Part shown: positions 1 to 11,407 of the stretch, piece after piece
Numbering within the stretch: position 1 is the first letter of the stretch
How the letters are laid out: each line of letters begins with the position of its first letter
Source: an uncultured Planctomycetaceae bacterium
Lineage (GTDB): Bacteria > Planctomycetota > Planctomycetia > Isosphaerales > Isosphaeraceae
Length of the DNA: 64,000 nt
Direction of reading: 5' to 3'
Assembly (NCBI GenBank): GCA_963833985.1
Contig: CAWIAD010000001.1
Location: forward strand, 512,001-576,000
Notes under the pieces: generated by a model
Seen by the model: only the letters and a program-made list of their open reading frames with translations
The model's database searches: none
What the model was told of the DNA's origin: nothing
Made by a program: the position numbers and the translations under genes

Positions 1-153
1 AACCAGATCGCGCCGCCGCCGTCAATTGGTGTCTATGCACCGAGCCTGGGGCCGAGCGCCGGACTGTACAGCCGCTGAGCTAAGCAGATCCGCAAAAGTC
101 CTTGGACAGAACTGCCGTTCCCTTGCCCGGGCTGAGAGCCCTGCCTGCCCGCT

Positions 154-275
154 CTCCTCGTGGGGTACGATTCCGATCATGCCATTCCCTTCTCGTGGGG
201 TACGATTCCAATCGTGCCATTCCTGGTCCATCTGACCGAAGCAGTGATAAGATCCCAATCGTGGCCCACGAGGAG
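154..275. repeat. REP-like palindromic repeat cluster (GTGGGGTACGATTCC type)
   Basis: Direct copies CTCGTGGGGTACGATTCC(G/A)ATC(A/G)TGCCATTCC at 157-188 and 192-223; diverged inverted copy at about 245-275; hairpin GGTACGATT-CC-AATCGTGCC. Confidence 0.75.
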
Positions 276-329
276 CGGACTCCCGGTCATCCAGCATCGC
301 ATCAAGCTGCTGGATGTCTGTCATTGCTC

Positions 330-863
330 TCAGCCACTCGATGTGGTTCCGGGCGCCGGACTCTCGACGGGCTGACGGCACCAGTAGATCAGATCGGTGG
401 CGGCCGGCTGTCCGCCCGCGGCGCGGATGAGCGTGGCGATCTGCCCGCGGTGGTACCAGGAATGGCCAAAAAGCTGGGCGAGGATTTCCTCGATGCGGTT
501 CCGGAACCGGCCCGCGTCGAGGCTCTGGTATTCGAGCACCTGCTGCACCTGTGCGTCGTCCAGCCCTTCCAGGTACTCCGTCCAGTGGGCGCTGACCTGC
601 TTCCAGTCCGCGGCGACCCGGGTCAGGTCCGCACCCGAATGGTCGGGGAACATGGTGGCCGCCTCCATGGGGATGACGCCCAGCCGGCCCAGCCAGACCT
701 GCCGTGCCGCCACGAGATGAGCGAGCACGGCAAGAGCCTGGCGATAATCCGCTCCCGCGCGGTTCTGCGACGGGACGCTCTCGAAGCAGGCGATCACCCT
801 GGCAATGGCGTCCTGCTCGTAGACGAACCAGCGGCGGTACTGCTCGGAAAGCGATGCGCTCAT
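330..863 (-). CDS. DinB family protein
   Basis: 177 aa; 'LAHL..A..VWL.RL' and C-terminal 'H..YHRGQIA..IR..G..P..TD' DinB motifs. Confidence 0.85.
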   Translation of the reverse strand: MSASLSEQYRRWFVYEQDAIARVIACFESVPSQNRAGADYRQALAVLAHLVAARQVWLGRLGVIPMEAATMFPDHSGADLTRVAADWKQVSAHWTEYLEGLDDAQVQQVLEYQSLDAGRFRNRIEEILAQLFGHSWYHRGQIATLIRAAGGQPAATDLIYWCRQPVESPAPGTTSSG

Positions 864-893
864 CTTTCGGCCTCACGACCTGGGTGACGCGGC

Positions 894-2225
894 TCAGCGT
901 GCGATGCACCACGGCTCACGTGCGGCACGGGACCGCAGACGGTTCGCCTCGTCGTCGCCAACAAATTCCTCGCGCACCGGATCGATCGTGAGCTTGCGGC
1001 CCAGGATCCAGGCCAGCGCCGCGGCGTGGCAGGCGATGTGCGAGTGCCGCATGACGCCGGGGTTGGCCGCCGTGAGCTGCCGTGACCGGACGCAGTCGAA
1101 GAAGTTCCGGGCGTGGGCCGAGACGTCCAGCCCGCCCGCCGAGGGGCTGGCCTGCATCGCCTTGAGCTCGCTCCTGAGCGCGGCCGACGAGACCTCGATC
1201 TCGCCGCTGTCGCCAGCTTCCACCCATCCCTCGTCACCGACGAAACGGACCGGGCAGGTGCCAAGGTGCTGGATCCAGCCGGGCCGTTCCGCGAACGGGG
1301 TCTTGAGGAAGTCGAGCACCAGCTTCACGCCGTTGGCGTAGCGGGCGGCCAATCCTGTGGGAGTGGGCTCGTATTCCAGGGGCATCGTCTCGTCGGCCTG
1401 GTTGGCCCACTGGCACAGGTCCACCGTGTGTGCGCCCCAGTCGAGCAGGCGTGCGCCGGAGTCAAAATCGTAGAACCCGCGCCATCCGCCCCAGACGTAA
1501 GCCTTGTTGTAGGGCCGCCAGGGTGCCGGGCCCAGCCAGAGATCCCAGTCAACCTCGTCGCGACCGGGTTCCGGCTCGGCGGGAAGCCAGTCGAAGTTGT
1601 TGCCGGGCGTGTAGACCGAGGCATGGAGCGTGTGCACCTTGCCGAGCTTGCCGGTGTGCGCAAGCTGCACCGCGAGCTGAAAGTTGGTCACGCTGCGGCG
1701 CTGGGTGCCCGCCTGGAAGACGCGGCCGAAGTGGTTCATGGTATCGGCCAGGGCCTGGCAGTCTGCAATGGTCAGTCCGCAGGGTTTCTCGCTGTAGATG
1801 TCCTTGCCCGCCTGGGCGGCCATGATCGAGGCCGGGGCGTGCCAGCGGTCGCCGGTGGCGATCAGCACCGCGTCGATATCGCGGCGGTCGAGCAGTTCTC
1901 GGAGGTCGCGGTAGAGCCGGCAGTCGCTGTTCTTGTAGTGGCCATCGACGAGTTTCTTGCCCGCCTGCCGGCGGCTCGCCTGGACGTCGCAGATGGCCAC
2001 GCACTGGACGTCAGAGAGCTGAAGGATACTCGTCAGATCGTACGTGCACCGCGGCCCGATACCGATGACTCCCAGCGTGATCCGCTCGCTGGCGGCAACA
2101 CCCGTCCGGCCCAGAGCGCGGGCCGGAACGATATGCGGCACGCCGAAGGCCGCAGTGGCTGCCAGCGACCCGGTCAGGACCTCACGCCGCGTCATCACGC
2201 ACGGACGATTCTTCGCGCCGCCCAT
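894..2225 (-). CDS. Tat-exported Gfo/Idh/MocA oxidoreductase
   Basis: TRREVL twin-Arg leader; GVIGIG Rossmann motif, ATGDRWH, EKP, WDLWLGPAP. Confidence 0.9.
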   Translation of the reverse strand: MGGAKNRPCVMTRREVLTGSLAATAAFGVPHIVPARALGRTGVAASERITLGVIGIGPRCTYDLTSILQLSDVQCVAICDVQASRRQAGKKLVDGHYKNSDCRLYRDLRELLDRRDIDAVLIATGDRWHAPASIMAAQAGKDIYSEKPCGLTIADCQALADTMNHFGRVFQAGTQRRSVTNFQLAVQLAHTGKLGKVHTLHASVYTPGNNFDWLPAEPEPGRDEVDWDLWLGPAPWRPYNKAYVWGGWRGFYDFDSGARLLDWGAHTVDLCQWANQADETMPLEYEPTPTGLAARYANGVKLVLDFLKTPFAERPGWIQHLGTCPVRFVGDEGWVEAGDSGEIEVSSAALRSELKAMQASPSAGGLDVSAHARNFFDCVRSRQLTAANPGVMRHSHIACHAAALAWILGRKLTIDPVREEFVGDDEANRLRSRAAREPWCIAR

Positions 2226-2333
2226 GTGCTGCTCCTCCCGGATGTCCGTCGTGGCGGAACTCTCCGCGCACGCCTTCGGCGGCGCATCAGACCGCCAGGC
2301 TTTCGCTATTCTGCCAGAGCCGTTCGGCCCGGT

Positions 2334-4209
2334 TCAATCACTATCCGCCCGCCGGCTCACGGTCCGTACCCCGATGCGAGTGGCGAAGCGAACCTTCTGG
2401 GCGGTGCTCAGGCCGTTGATGTAATGCGAGCGCAAGGCGCTGAGCCACCGGATCTCGCGGCCCTCGTAGCTCACGATGACGTGGGTGAGGATCGGGCCGG
2501 CCAGTCCCATGGTGCGCTGGATGCCGGGCTGCACGTCGGCATTGCAGGCAATCTGGTTGTACCCCAGGCCAACGCCCTGCGCGAATGCCGGGTAGTTGAT
2601 GCGGGCAATCTCCGTGGCCGTGGTGCGCCGGAAGACTGGCTCCTGGAGCATCTGCATGTAATGATACGCACCATCGTCGAGGACGAAGAACTTCACCGGT
2701 AACCCGGCGCGGGCGGCCGAGGACATCTCCATCGCGCTCATGAGGAAGCAGCCATCTCCGGTAACGCAGGCGACCTGGCGATCGGGACGGACGAGCTGCG
2801 CCGCCCACGGCCGCCGGGATCGCCCAGCCCATGCTCTGGTTATTGGCCGGAGTGAAGAAGCGGCGCGGGCCCTGGACCTCGATGGCCTCGGCCGCCCAGT
2901 GGGTGGACGCGGTCACGTCCACGAAGATCAGCTCCTCGGGCCCCAGCGCGGCCCGGAGCTGCGACAGGAAGTACATGGGGTCGACACACGGATCGATGCG
3001 CACCGTCTGGGCCTCGCAGCGGTCTACCTGCCGCAGGTGCTGGATCTTCTGCCAGAGCGGCGGACAGGGCGTGCGGCGAATGGATGCAGCTTCAGCCAGA
3101 AGCCGGTCCAGGAACACCCGCGAATCGGTGCAGAGGCAGACGTGCGCGGGGACGTTGCGGCCCAGGTTCCGCGGATTGGCGTCCACGTGGATGAGCGTGC
3201 CTACCTTCGGGATGGCGTAGTTCGCGGTGGAGACTTCGCTGTAGCGCACACCGATGGCCAGTACCAGGTCCACGTCCTTGAATGCGGTCTCGGCCGCGCG
3301 CGTTCCCTGCTTGCCATAGCCCCAGCCCACCGCCAGCGGGTGCGCGTCCGGAATGCAGCCCTTGCCGCTGACCGAGGTGGCCACGGGCGCCTGGAGCATC
3401 TCGGCGACGGCCGTGAGCGATGGACCGGCCTCGGCACAGCCAAGCCCGGCATAGATGCCCACGCGCCGGCTCCGGTCCTGCAAGTGGCAGACGATGCTGC
3501 GATAGGCGGCCTCGTCGAAGGGGATGGGGTAGGGCGGCGGCGCCGGCTGGTCGTAGTCCCAGACTTCGAGAAAGAGCGGGAAGGGGATCAGGACGGCCGT
3601 CGGCCCGGGTTCGCCGGCCCTGGCAATCCGGAACGCCTCGAAGACGGCGCCGGGAATCTCGGCCTGGTGCCGCACCGTGAGCACCGCCTTGTTCAGCGGA
3701 CGCAAGAGAGCCTCGTTGGGCAGCCCGTGGACCTGGCCGATCGGCGCACCGGGCCTGCGGTCCACGTCGGTGACCAGGCCCACGATCGGCACGCTGTCGT
3801 AGAGTGCCTCGCCAATGCCGCTCATGGCGTTGGTGAGCCCCGGACCGGGCACGACGCTGTAGACGCCCACCTCGCCGCTCACGCGGGCCGACGCGTCGGC
3901 CATGATGCTCGCCGAAAACTCGTTGGCCACCAGAAAATAGGGCTGGCCATAGGCCTTGAAGGCGTCCCACAGCTCGTTGTTCTGCGCCGCCGGAACCCCG
4001 AAGACGCAGCGCACCTGCTCGCACCGCAGGGCGGCTGCCGCGGCCTGGGCGCCGGTCATGCGGCCGTGAACGCCTTGCCGGCGGGCGTAGCGGCCGTACT
4101 CGACATGGCTGGCAAGGGCTGGCGATGACGTCGCGGTTGCCGCGGCCGCGGCAGCCCCGATCACCCCCAGAGCTCCCAGCGCCTCGCGGCGGTTGACCAC
4201 GGGTGTCAC
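2334..4209 (-). CDS. Thiamine-diphosphate-binding enzyme (acetolactate synthase-like) with Tat-like leader; frameshift near 2803
   Basis: VFGVP, NE...MAD..AR, PGPGLTN, SMGWAIPAA; the C-terminal TGDGCFLM ThDP motif continues in the 2334..2741 frame. Confidence 0.85.
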
Positions 4210-4379
4210 GTTCGGCGTCCCTCCTGGCTCTTCCGCGCGCCGGTCCTCTCCCAGGCCGGCCGGCGATCCCGTCCATGAGCATGGAACGATCGATCGTCCA
4301 TGGTCCTCCTATCGGCATCGCCGGCGGCCCAGCTTGGCAGGCAGCGTGACAATCAAGCCGCGGCTGCGGACGATCCGGT

Positions 4380-5234
4380 TTATTCGCTGCAATCGTTCGC
4401 CCGGGGAGACATCGCAGCGCCGCGATCCTCCAGCAGCAGGGCGACGACCTCCGGACGGAAGAGCGCCGGGTCGTCGCGGAGCTGGCGAATGCACTCGAGC
4501 ACGATCGGCCCCTGGTAACCAATGCCGTCGAGAGTCTGTGCCCAGGCGGACCAGTCGATCGTTCCCAGCCCGGGCGCGTCATGTCCGTCCTTGCGGCCGT
4601 CATTGTCGTGCACGTGGGTCGTCGCCAGTCTTGGCCCGGCGGCGCGGGTCTCCGCGGAGAGTTCCGCGGAGATATGGGCGTGGCCAGTATCGAGGGCCAG
4701 GGCCAGCCCCGGCGTGTCCAGCTCCTCCAGCAGCTCGAAGAGCTCGACCATCCGGCTGCCGGGATAGACTCCAGGCGGCATGTTCTCCACGCACACGAGA
4801 ATGCCCGTTCCCCCGGCATGGTCGGCCAGCTCGCCGAGCCCGCGCGCCAGGCTGGCACGGCGGGCCGGGCAGTCTTCCGGCACGGAGAGTCCGCCGGGAT
4901 GGACCACCAGGTGCGTGCCTCCGGCCTGCTCCAGCCAGTCGATGCATCGCTTCAAATCATCGACCGAGGCACGGAAGGAGGCGGCGTCGGTGTCTCCCAG
5001 GTCGACGCGGGCCGCCCGGATCGCCCTCGCCCCCCAACATCCGTGGGCGCTGCGGACCGTGAGTCCGCGATCCACCGCAGCGCTTCGCACCAGGGCCGGG
5101 TCGGGCAGCGTCCGCCAGTCCGGCAGGATCTCCAGGACCTCAGCGCCCAGCCGCAGGGCGAGGTCGAGCTCGTCCTCCAGGCCGATGCCGGGGTAGCCGT
5201 AGGTGATCATGGTACCCAGGAGCCGTCGCGACAC
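4380..5234 (-). CDS. Sugar phosphate isomerase/epimerase (xylose isomerase-like TIM barrel)
   Basis: VVHPG, VENMP, LDTGHA, HVHDNDG..D.H..PG.G.IDW, VLE motifs. Confidence 0.85.
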   Translation of the reverse strand: MSRRLLGTMITYGYPGIGLEDELDLALRLGAEVLEILPDWRTLPDPALVRSAAVDRGLTVRSAHGCWGARAIRAARVDLGDTDAASFRASVDDLKRCIDWLEQAGGTHLVVHPGGLSVPEDCPARRASLARGLGELADHAGGTGILVCVENMPPGVYPGSRMVELFELLEELDTPGLALALDTGHAHISAELSAETRAAGPRLATTHVHDNDGRKDGHDAPGLGTIDWSAWAQTLDGIGYQGPIVLECIRQLRDDPALFRPEVVALLLEDRGAAMSPRANDCSE

Positions 5235-5491
5235 GCTTCACATCCTGAAATCGCCCGGGCTTGCGTCGCGGCCACGCGTCGACCCCTGTAAGCCCTTGTC
5301 GAACCCGCTGCCGGAGGTCATGATAGCAGCAAATTGCCGGCGGAACACCGCTGCCGGCCGGGACGGCTGTGCGACGGCCATTGATCGAATCCGACCACAC
5401 CGCGCTCTCGGGCATCCCAGCAAACCGCACCCGTCGAGCCATGATGGGCGGTAGCCTCTTATTGCTGGCGATCAGAAAGGATGATTCGCGC

Positions 5492-5992
5492 ATGCCGCCT
5501 ATAGCCCTGGTCGACCCTGCAACGATCGACACCTCGCGTGTCCTCGTCGACTGGGAAGGAATCTACCGTGACATCCCCCAGCGATTCGAGATGGCACAGC
5601 TGACTGCAATCGTGTTCATGGACCCGAAGCACAAGCTGATCATCGGGTACAAGGACGTGGCGGCCGACGAGTTCTGGGTGCGCGGGCACATGCCCGATTA
5701 CCCGCTCATGCCAGGCGTTCTCATCTGCGAGGCGGCCGCTCAGCTCGCCAGCTATTACTGCAAGGTCAACGGGCTGAGTGACAACGGCTTCGTGGGCTTC
5801 GGCGGCATGGAGGATGTACGGTTCCGCGGCCAGGTGCGGCCCGGCGACCGGCTCGTGCTGGTGAGCCAGGCGGTGCGGCTCCATCGCCGCCACTCGATGT
5901 TCGAGGTTCAGGGCTTCGTCGAGGCGAACATGGTCTTCCATGGCAAGATCATCGGCGTGACCATCTCGACTCCGGCGGAAAGCCCGGGATAA
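5492..5992 (+). CDS. fabZ: 3-hydroxyacyl-ACP dehydratase (FabZ family)
   Basis: GHMP..PLMPGVL..EAAAQ and FRGQVRPGD hotdog motifs; ATG at 5492. Confidence 0.85.
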   Translation: MPPIALVDPATIDTSRVLVDWEGIYRDIPQRFEMAQLTAIVFMDPKHKLIIGYKDVAADEFWVRGHMPDYPLMPGVLICEAAAQLASYYCKVNGLSDNGFVGFGGMEDVRFRGQVRPGDRLVLVSQAVRLHRRHSMFEVQGFVEANMVFHGKIIGVTISTPAESPG

Positions 5993-5997
5993 GCCTC

Positions 5998-6651
5998 ATG
6001 ACTCGCGCACGCACGGATCTTGACGTTTCCGGGTGCCTGCTCGACCCGGAGCAGCACCCGGCTCCGCAACCGCTGAACTGGGCTGAGCTTTTTGGTGACG
6101 CGCGTCCGGTCGAGATCGAGGTCGGTTCGGGCAAGGGTCTGTTCCTGGCCAGCGCGGCAAGCCGGAACCCCGAGCGCAGCTACCTGGGCATCGAACTCGC
6201 ACGGAAGTATGCCCGGCTCGCCGCCGAACGCCTGGTCAAGCGCGGCATCGGTAATGTCCGCGTCTGGCCCGGTGATGCCCGCGCCTTGCTGGCCACGCGC
6301 ATACCCGCTTCCAGCGTCCGGGCCGTCCACGTTTACTTTCCGGATCCGTGGTGGAAGAAGCGGCACAAGAAGCGCAGGGTGTTCACCGGCGCGCTCGTGG
6401 ACTCCGTGGTCCGCGTGCTCGAGCCCGGCGGCACGCTCCATGTCGCCACCGACGTCGAAGAGTATTTTCATGTGATCAGGGAACTGGTCGCGGCCCGCCC
6501 CGAACTGAGCGAGCAGCCTGCTCCCCCGGTCCGGGAGCCCGAGCACGACCTGGATTATCTCACGAACTTCGAGCGCAAGTTCCGGATCGAGGGGCGAGCG
6601 ATCCATCGCGCGTGGTATGTTCTGAGCCAGCACAGGGACGCATCCGCCTGA
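5998..6651 (+). CDS. trmB: tRNA (guanine-N7)-methyltransferase
   Basis: EVGSGKG, FPDPWWKKRHKKRR, ATD, TNFERK. Confidence 0.95.
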   Translation: MTRARTDLDVSGCLLDPEQHPAPQPLNWAELFGDARPVEIEVGSGKGLFLASAASRNPERSYLGIELARKYARLAAERLVKRGIGNVRVWPGDARALLATRIPASSVRAVHVYFPDPWWKKRHKKRRVFTGALVDSVVRVLEPGGTLHVATDVEEYFHVIRELVAARPELSEQPAPPVREPEHDLDYLTNFERKFRIEGRAIHRAWYVLSQHRDASA

Positions 6652-6692
6652 CGTCCGGCTCGGGCGGCTTCGGCTTTTCTGGCGTGCCAGGC

Positions 6693-8285
6693 TCAGTACG
6701 CGGCCACGCGCTCGTAGGCGCGAGTGGTTTTGGGGTCGCAGCCGTCGGCCAGTGACGAGGTCGCCCCGATCGAGTAGAGCTGCTGGCCCGTGTCCGTGGG
6801 GTACTTGCCGGTGATGCAGGCACGGCAGAGGCGATCCGGAGAGAGGGTCACGGCGCGCGCGATGGCGTCGACGGGAAGATAGCGCAGGCTGTCGGCACCA
6901 AGCTCGCGGGCCATCTTCTGCTGGGCCTCCGGCGAAACGCCCCCGCCCGGCAAATCGACGAACCGCGTGGCGAAGAGCTCATCCATGCTGGACATGTCGA
7001 TGCCGTAGTAACAGGGGGCGATGATCGGCGGGCAGGCCACGCGGAGGTGAATCTCACGCGCGCCTCCGCGGTCGCGGATCTCGTGCACGAGGGCCCGCAT
7101 CGTGGTGGAGCGGACGATGCTGTCCTCGACCAGCAGGACGCGCTTGCCGCTGAGGACTTCCGGCAGGGGCGTGTACTTGAGCCGGGCCTTGGCGGCGCGG
7201 TCGGCGGTTCCCTCGATGAAGGTCCTGCCCACGTAGCGGTTGCGCATCAGGCCTTCGACGGAAGGCACCTTGAGGGCGAAGGCCATGGCGTCGGCCGCGG
7301 CCTTGGCGGTGTCCGGCACGGGCACGACGATGGTGTCGGCATCCTGCGGCACCGTCTCCAGACGGGCCAGCTCCTTGCCCAGCTCGGACCGGCTCAGGTA
7401 GACGGAGCGGTCATCGAGCGTGCTGGCGACGTTGGCGAAGTAGATCCACTCGAAGAAGCAGTGCGCCTGCCGCGGCGAGGGCGCGTAGCGCTCGATGTGC
7501 ACGCCCTTCTCGCTGGCGGTCACCAGAGTGCCGGGCTCGAGCGAGCGAATGTTCTTGAAACCCAGGTTCGCCAGGGGAACACTCTCGCTGGCGGCACCGA
7601 AGAGCGGCCCGTGCTCGGCAATGCAAATCGGCCGGAAGCCCAGCGGGTCGCGGGCCACCACCACCTCTCCATAGGCGGTGATGATCACGATGTTGTACGC
7701 ACCGTCAAACTTTTCGGCCAGCCGCCCGAAGATGCCCACCCAGTCGGGCTGCTTGTCCTCGCTTTGCAGCTCGTAGGCCAGCGAGTGCATGATGATCTCG
7801 GTGTCGGTGTCACGCTTCAGGTGGTAGTCGCCCTTCGACAGCAGCTCGTCTTTCAACTCGCTGTAATTCGCGAGCTGACCATTGAAGGCAAAGGCGAACC
7901 ACTTGGTCTTGCGTCCATGGTCACGCTCGAATGGCTGGGCGTTGTAGCGATCATCGGCGCCGCAGGTGGCGTAGCGCACATGGCCGATCGCCGCAGGACC
8001 GTCCATGCCCTGCATGATTGTCTCGAATTCCGCGCGGTGGTTGAGCCGGAACGCCTCGGCCACCGTGCCGAGCTCCTTGTGCACGCGGATGATCGCGTTG
8101 CGGTCGTGCCGGTAGCTGGCCATGCCCGCGGCCAGTTGCCCGCGGTTCTGCATGTCCAGCAGCATGCGCGGTACCAGACGCGACACGCTATTGACGTCGC
8201 CGGCAATGGGCGCCAGCCTGGAGACAGGACTACCCTGAGCGTGGAACACGGCCGCAACGCCGCATTCGTGGTGAAGTTCACCCAT
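6693..8285 (-). CDS. purF: Amidophosphoribosyltransferase
   Basis: ECGV N-terminal Cys after short propeptide, [22 protein letters not shown], Fe-S Cys residues (HCFFE, PCYYG, CRAC). Confidence 0.96.
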   Translation of the reverse strand: MGELHHECGVAAVFHAQGSPVSRLAPIAGDVNSVSRLVPRMLLDMQNRGQLAAGMASYRHDRNAIIRVHKELGTVAEAFRLNHRAEFETIMQGMDGPAAIGHVRYATCGADDRYNAQPFERDHGRKTKWFAFAFNGQLANYSELKDELLSKGDYHLKRDTDTEIIMHSLAYELQSEDKQPDWVGIFGRLAEKFDGAYNIVIITAYGEVVVARDPLGFRPICIAEHGPLFGAASESVPLANLGFKNIRSLEPGTLVTASEKGVHIERYAPSPRQAHCFFEWIYFANVASTLDDRSVYLSRSELGKELARLETVPQDADTIVVPVPDTAKAAADAMAFALKVPSVEGLMRNRYVGRTFIEGTADRAAKARLKYTPLPEVLSGKRVLLVEDSIVRSTTMRALVHEIRDRGGAREIHLRVACPPIIAPCYYGIDMSSMDELFATRFVDLPGGGVSPEAQQKMARELGADSLRYLPVDAIARAVTLSPDRLCRACITGKYPTDTGQQLYSIGATSSLADGCDPKTTRAYERVAAY

Positions 8286-8662
8286 CGTCCGGGGATCCCC
8301 TGCGTTGGCCCCCGCACAGGCCGGGGAGGTGATGAGGACAGACGCCCTGAAGGCCGAGAGTCGAGTTCCTCTAGGCCACCCCGCGTAGAGAATTATAATG
8401 TCGACCTGATCTACCTACAACCTTCATGGTTTCATCGAACCAGGATTTTTTGAAAAGCGTATTGTCACGAGATCACTAAAGCGTGCGTTGACGTAGATTT
8501 AGAGCGCTGTGTCGATCTGCCGCAGCGTACGCCCGTTCCCCCCGAGGCGAACCTTTGAACAGTCGATCGGATGTCCGTCCCGCGGCCGGCATCGGTCCGC
8601 ACACCGCTCCCACACCCGGGGCTCCCCCCGCGGCGGAGGCGCCGTCCGCCGCCACGGCCGCC

Positions 8663-9801
8663 ATGCTGCGCGACCTGGTCCGAGACGAGGTTGTGCTCTC
8701 CGCCGGCATCTGGGTGGTGAAGGTGGGCACCAGCGTGCTGGCCGGCGGCGACGGGACGCTCGACCCTGCCAGAATCCACCACCTGGCCGAGCAGATCAGC
8801 GCGGTCATGGATTCCGGCCGCAAGGTGGCCCTGGTGAGCTCCGGCGCCGTGGGAGCCGGCATGGGACAGCTCAACCTCAAGCGCCGGCCGGACAACTTAC
8901 GCCAGCTTCAGGCCGCGGCCGCCGTCGGCCAATCCTACCTCATCCGCGCCTATGACGAAGGCCTGCGCCGCCACGGTCGACATGCCGCCCAGCTCTTGCT
9001 CACCCACGAGGACTTTGACAGCCGCCCGCGCTACCTCAACATGCGCAACACCTTGCACGCACTGTTTGAATACAATGCGGTGCCGGTGATCAACGAGAAC
9101 GACACCATCAGCGTCGACGAGATCAAGTTCGGCGACAACGACCGCCTGGCCGCCATGGTCACCAACCTGCTCCAGGCGCCGTTGCTGGTCATTCTCAGCG
9201 TGGTGGACGGCCTCTACCGCAACGACCCGTCCACCGGGACACGCACCGCGCTGGTTTCGCTGGTGCCCCAGATCGACGACTCGATCCTGAACCTGGCCGA
9301 TTCCAGCCGCAGCACCCTGGGGACCGGCGGCATGCACAGCAAGCTGGCGTCGGCACGGCTGGTCACGCAGGCCGGCGGCTCCGTGATCATCGCCTCGGGC
9401 AAGAGCCAGGCACCGCTCTCGCGTATCCTCGCGGGCGAGCCGGTCGGCACGCTGTTCCTGGCCCACGGCCAGACGCACCGCGCGGCAAGCGCTGGATCGG
9501 TCTGGCGGCGCGCCTGCGCGGCCACTTCGTGGTGGACCCGGGCGCACGCCTGGCCGTCGAGAGCGGCAGCAAGAGCTTGCTGGCGATCGGGATCGTCGAG
9601 GTCGTCGGCGAGTTCGACAAGGGCGACGTCGTCGCCATCCGCGACACCGCGGGATGCGAGTTCGCCCGGGGACTGACCAATTACGCCACCGCCGACGCCA
9701 GGTTGATCCGCGGCCTGCACACCGAAGAAGCCCGCGCCGCGCTCGGCTCGGCACTCGATGACGAGGTGATCCACCGCGACAACCTGGTTCTCATCCTCTG
9801 A
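8663..9801 (+). CDS. proB: Glutamate 5-kinase with PUA domain; frameshift near 9485
   Basis: VKVGTS, VSSGAV, INENDT, FGDND.LAA, GTGGM.SK; PUA domain (SLL..GI, ARGLTNY, EVIHRDNL) in the 9529..9801 frame. Confidence 0.93.
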
Positions 9802-9831
9802 TGAGAGCGGTCTTCGCTCGGACCGCAGACT

Positions 9832-10087
9832 GAGACCGGGGGGCAGGCATTCCTGCCTGCCGGACCAGGCCAGCCCTGGCAGGCAGGAATGTCGGCAGAC
9901 AGGAAGGTCTGCCCCCCCTTTCCAAGTAACTGAGAAACTGCCTGCAACCCGTCAGCAAACTGCCATGGCCGCCAGCCTGTCCAGAGAGGCGGGATGACTG
10001 CGTTTGACCTGGATTGAGACCGGGGGCAGGCATTCCTGCCTGCCGAAGCAGGCCTGCGCTGGCCGCCAGCTTGTCCAGAGAGGCAAG
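9832..10087. repeat. REP-like cluster (GGCAGGCATTCCTGCCTGCC type)
   Basis: Hairpin copies at 9842-9861 and 10025-10044; inverted copies at 9878-9917; repeated GGCCGCCAGC(C/T)TGTCCAGAGAGGC near 9967 and 10061. Confidence 0.8.
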
Positions 10088-10376
10088 CCGGTTGCGTGGA
10101 AACCCGGTCCGGGCGGTTGTCCCAGGCAACGCCATGGCGGCCCGGACCGCGAGATCGAGAATTCCGTTCCATCGCATTGCGCCTGGCATTCGCGAGCGCT
10201 CTCGTGTTAAACTCTTTCCTGGAACGCCCCCGCCCGGTCTGGCCGTCCCCGTGAGGCCGACGAGCGGTGCCGCCAGCAAGGGTTCCGGCCTCGGGACTGG
10301 CCGTCGCAACCCGCGTCTCCATCCTGGCTCGCCGTCTCCGGCGAATTGACTGCGCCCCATCGGTTTGGTTCCTTCC

Positions 10377-11399
10377 ATGGCTAGCGATCGAGATCTCTTC
10401 GCCGAAGAGCAGACGATGGTCACGATGAGCTTCGGCGAGCACATCGAGGAATTGCGCGTTCGATTGATTCTGGCCCTCATCGGCCTGGGGGTCGGCGTAC
10501 TCATCGCCTTCATCCCCTACATGGATCTCGGCTGGCGGGTCATGAAGAGCATGGAGGCTCCCGCGGCCGATGCGCTCGAGCGCTTCTATCGCAATGAATA
10601 CGACAAGAAGGCCAGGCTGGCCGAGCAATCCCAGGAAGTCTCGCCCACGCTCCAGGCCATGATCCCCGCAGACTCGTTCGTCAAGGCGCTCAAGGAAGTG
10701 GCACCCGACCTGCCGACCCCGCCGGCCGAGCAGCTCGCGGGGAAAACCATCAACTTCCCGCTCCGGTACAACCAGTCGACGTTGATCAAGGCGACGCAGA
10801 GCTCCTCGGTGATGATCGACAAGACCTTGATCTCGCTGGGTCCGCTGGAGACGATCACGATCTACTTCCTGGTCTGCCTGGTCACGGGGCTCGTCGTGGT
10901 GAGCCCCTGGGTCTTCTACCAGGGCTGGGCATTCGTGGCCGCCGGCCTGTACCGGCACGAGCGGCACTACGTGCAGAAGTACCTGCCAATCTCGCTGGGC
11001 CTGTTCCTCACCGGCGTGTTCCTGTGTTTCTTCCTGGTGCTGCCGCTCACCCTGGGTTTTCTGCTCGAATTCAACGTCTGGCTGGGCGTGGCCCCCACCC
11101 TGCGGCTGAGCGAGTGGATGAGCTTCGCGACAATGCTGCCCCTGGTCTTCGGGATCGCCTTCCAGACGCCGCTGATCATGCTCTTCCTGGAGCGGATCGG
11201 CATTCTCACGGTCGACGACTTCCGGGCCAAGCGCAAGATGGCGATCCTGGTCATCACCGTGGCCGCCGCCGTTCTGACCCCCGGTCAGGACCCGATCAGC
11301 ATGACCCTGCTCGCCGTCCCCATGATCCTCCTCTACGAACTGGGCATCCTGCTGGTGGGCTCCAGCAGGAACAAGATCCTGGCCCGCACCAGGTCGTGA
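10377..11399 (+). CDS. tatC: Twin-arginine translocase subunit TatC
   Basis: MSFGEHIEELRVRL, YQGWAFVAAGLY.HE, FGIAFQTP, LTPGQDP.SM...PM..LYE. Confidence 0.95.
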   Translation: MASDRDLFAEEQTMVTMSFGEHIEELRVRLILALIGLGVGVLIAFIPYMDLGWRVMKSMEAPAADALERFYRNEYDKKARLAEQSQEVSPTLQAMIPADSFVKALKEVAPDLPTPPAEQLAGKTINFPLRYNQSTLIKATQSSSVMIDKTLISLGPLETITIYFLVCLVTGLVVVSPWVFYQGWAFVAAGLYRHERHYVQKYLPISLGLFLTGVFLCFFLVLPLTLGFLLEFNVWLGVAPTLRLSEWMSFATMLPLVFGIAFQTPLIMLFLERIGILTVDDFRAKRKMAILVITVAAAVLTPGQDPISMTLLAVPMILLYELGILLVGSSRNKILARTRS

Positions 11400-11407
11400 G
11401 TTGCGTC

